A DNA stretch of 64,000 nucleotides from Candidatus Omnitrophus magneticus (GTDB lineage: Bacteria > Omnitrophota > Gorgyraeia > Tantalellales > Tantalellaceae), in the NCBI GenBank assembly GCA_000954095.1, contig JYNY01000203.1, forward strand, positions 17 through 64,016, given 5' to 3'. Under the pieces are notes generated by a model. It searched no databases. It had not been told where the DNA came from and was given only the letters and a program-made list of their open reading frames with translations. The position numbers were made by a program, and so were the translations under genes. Position 1 is the stretch's first letter, and each line of letters starts with the position of its first letter. Positions 63,903 to 64,000 of the stretch are shown in pieces.

Positions 63903-64000
63903 GTAATCACTAAGCGGTTAGTAATAAACCTTTATGTGTCCTTTTGCCCCCATCTTACCATTCCCTCGGAAAGCGTGAATCCATGAGTGTCTCAGCTAAC
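63903..64000 (+). repeat. Third copy (truncated by the window end) of the composite hairpin-A / ATTCCC-type repeat
   Basis: gtaatcactaagcggttagtaataaac...ccattccctcggaaagcgtgaatccat has the same order and orientation as 35240-35322. Confidence 0.8.

Noticed and set aside
1-64000. Alternative genetic code (for example UGA or UAG recoding, as in some candidate phyla) or a prophage/integrative element.
   Set aside because: Long family-typical ORFs close normally with all three standard stops and align end to end with the expected protein lengths. No integrase, capsid, terminase or att-like duplicated tRNA fragments were seen.

Overview
Low-GC (about 35% by eye) bacterial chromosomal segment in the standard genetic code. 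It is densely coding, with about 50 credible CDS and 3 tRNAs. I saw no rRNA, CRISPR array, transposase, integrase or phage genes. The donor is probably an uncultivated lineage; the AT-rich style and gene content recall candidate-phylum or Omnitrophota-like MAGs, but that is a guess. Contents: (1) Housekeeping genes: leuS, the speH-speB polyamine genes, uvrB, birA, tRNA-Ala(GGC), tRNA-Glu(CUC) and tRNA-Arg(CCU). (2) Two glycan-building loci. At 11.1-16.7 kb: gmd, a DegT-type aminotransferase, two polyprenyl-phosphate GT2 enzymes and an ArnT/PMT-like GT-C. At 44.8-52.0 kb: GT2, a second GT-C, a Wzx-like flippase, a methyltransferase and two GT4 enzymes. (3) A plus-strand block at 17.0-35.2 kb that reads as a mannan/mannoside utilisation locus. 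It holds clan GH-A hydrolases, a discoidin/CBM32 module, two standalone CBM-like paralogs, two ABC permeases plus a binding protein, a ROK regulator and a GH130 phosphorylase. It also holds a translationally coupled nucleotidyltransferase-like / phosphomannomutase / mannose-6-P isomerase trio. (4) A GH57-glgA-GH57 glycogen cluster. (5) A small accessory islet at 52.1-56.6 kb: a DUF4062/COG2865-type protein with an in-frame 12-bp tandem repeat, a frameshifted RhuM remnant, and a DUF4143 ATPase that splits a hisF/hisH-like pair. (6) Two membrane transporters (APC permease, CPA2 antiporter), each fused to a PTS EIIA(Ntr/Fru)-type domain. (7) Several families of intergenic palindromic repeats. The most striking unexplained structure is a pair of about 200-bp inverted repeats boxing two convergent genes at 35.2-38.6 kb. 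I cannot name one clear novel system. The repeat-boxed cassette, the accessory islet and the unusual sugar-nucleotide trio are the best candidates for follow-up.
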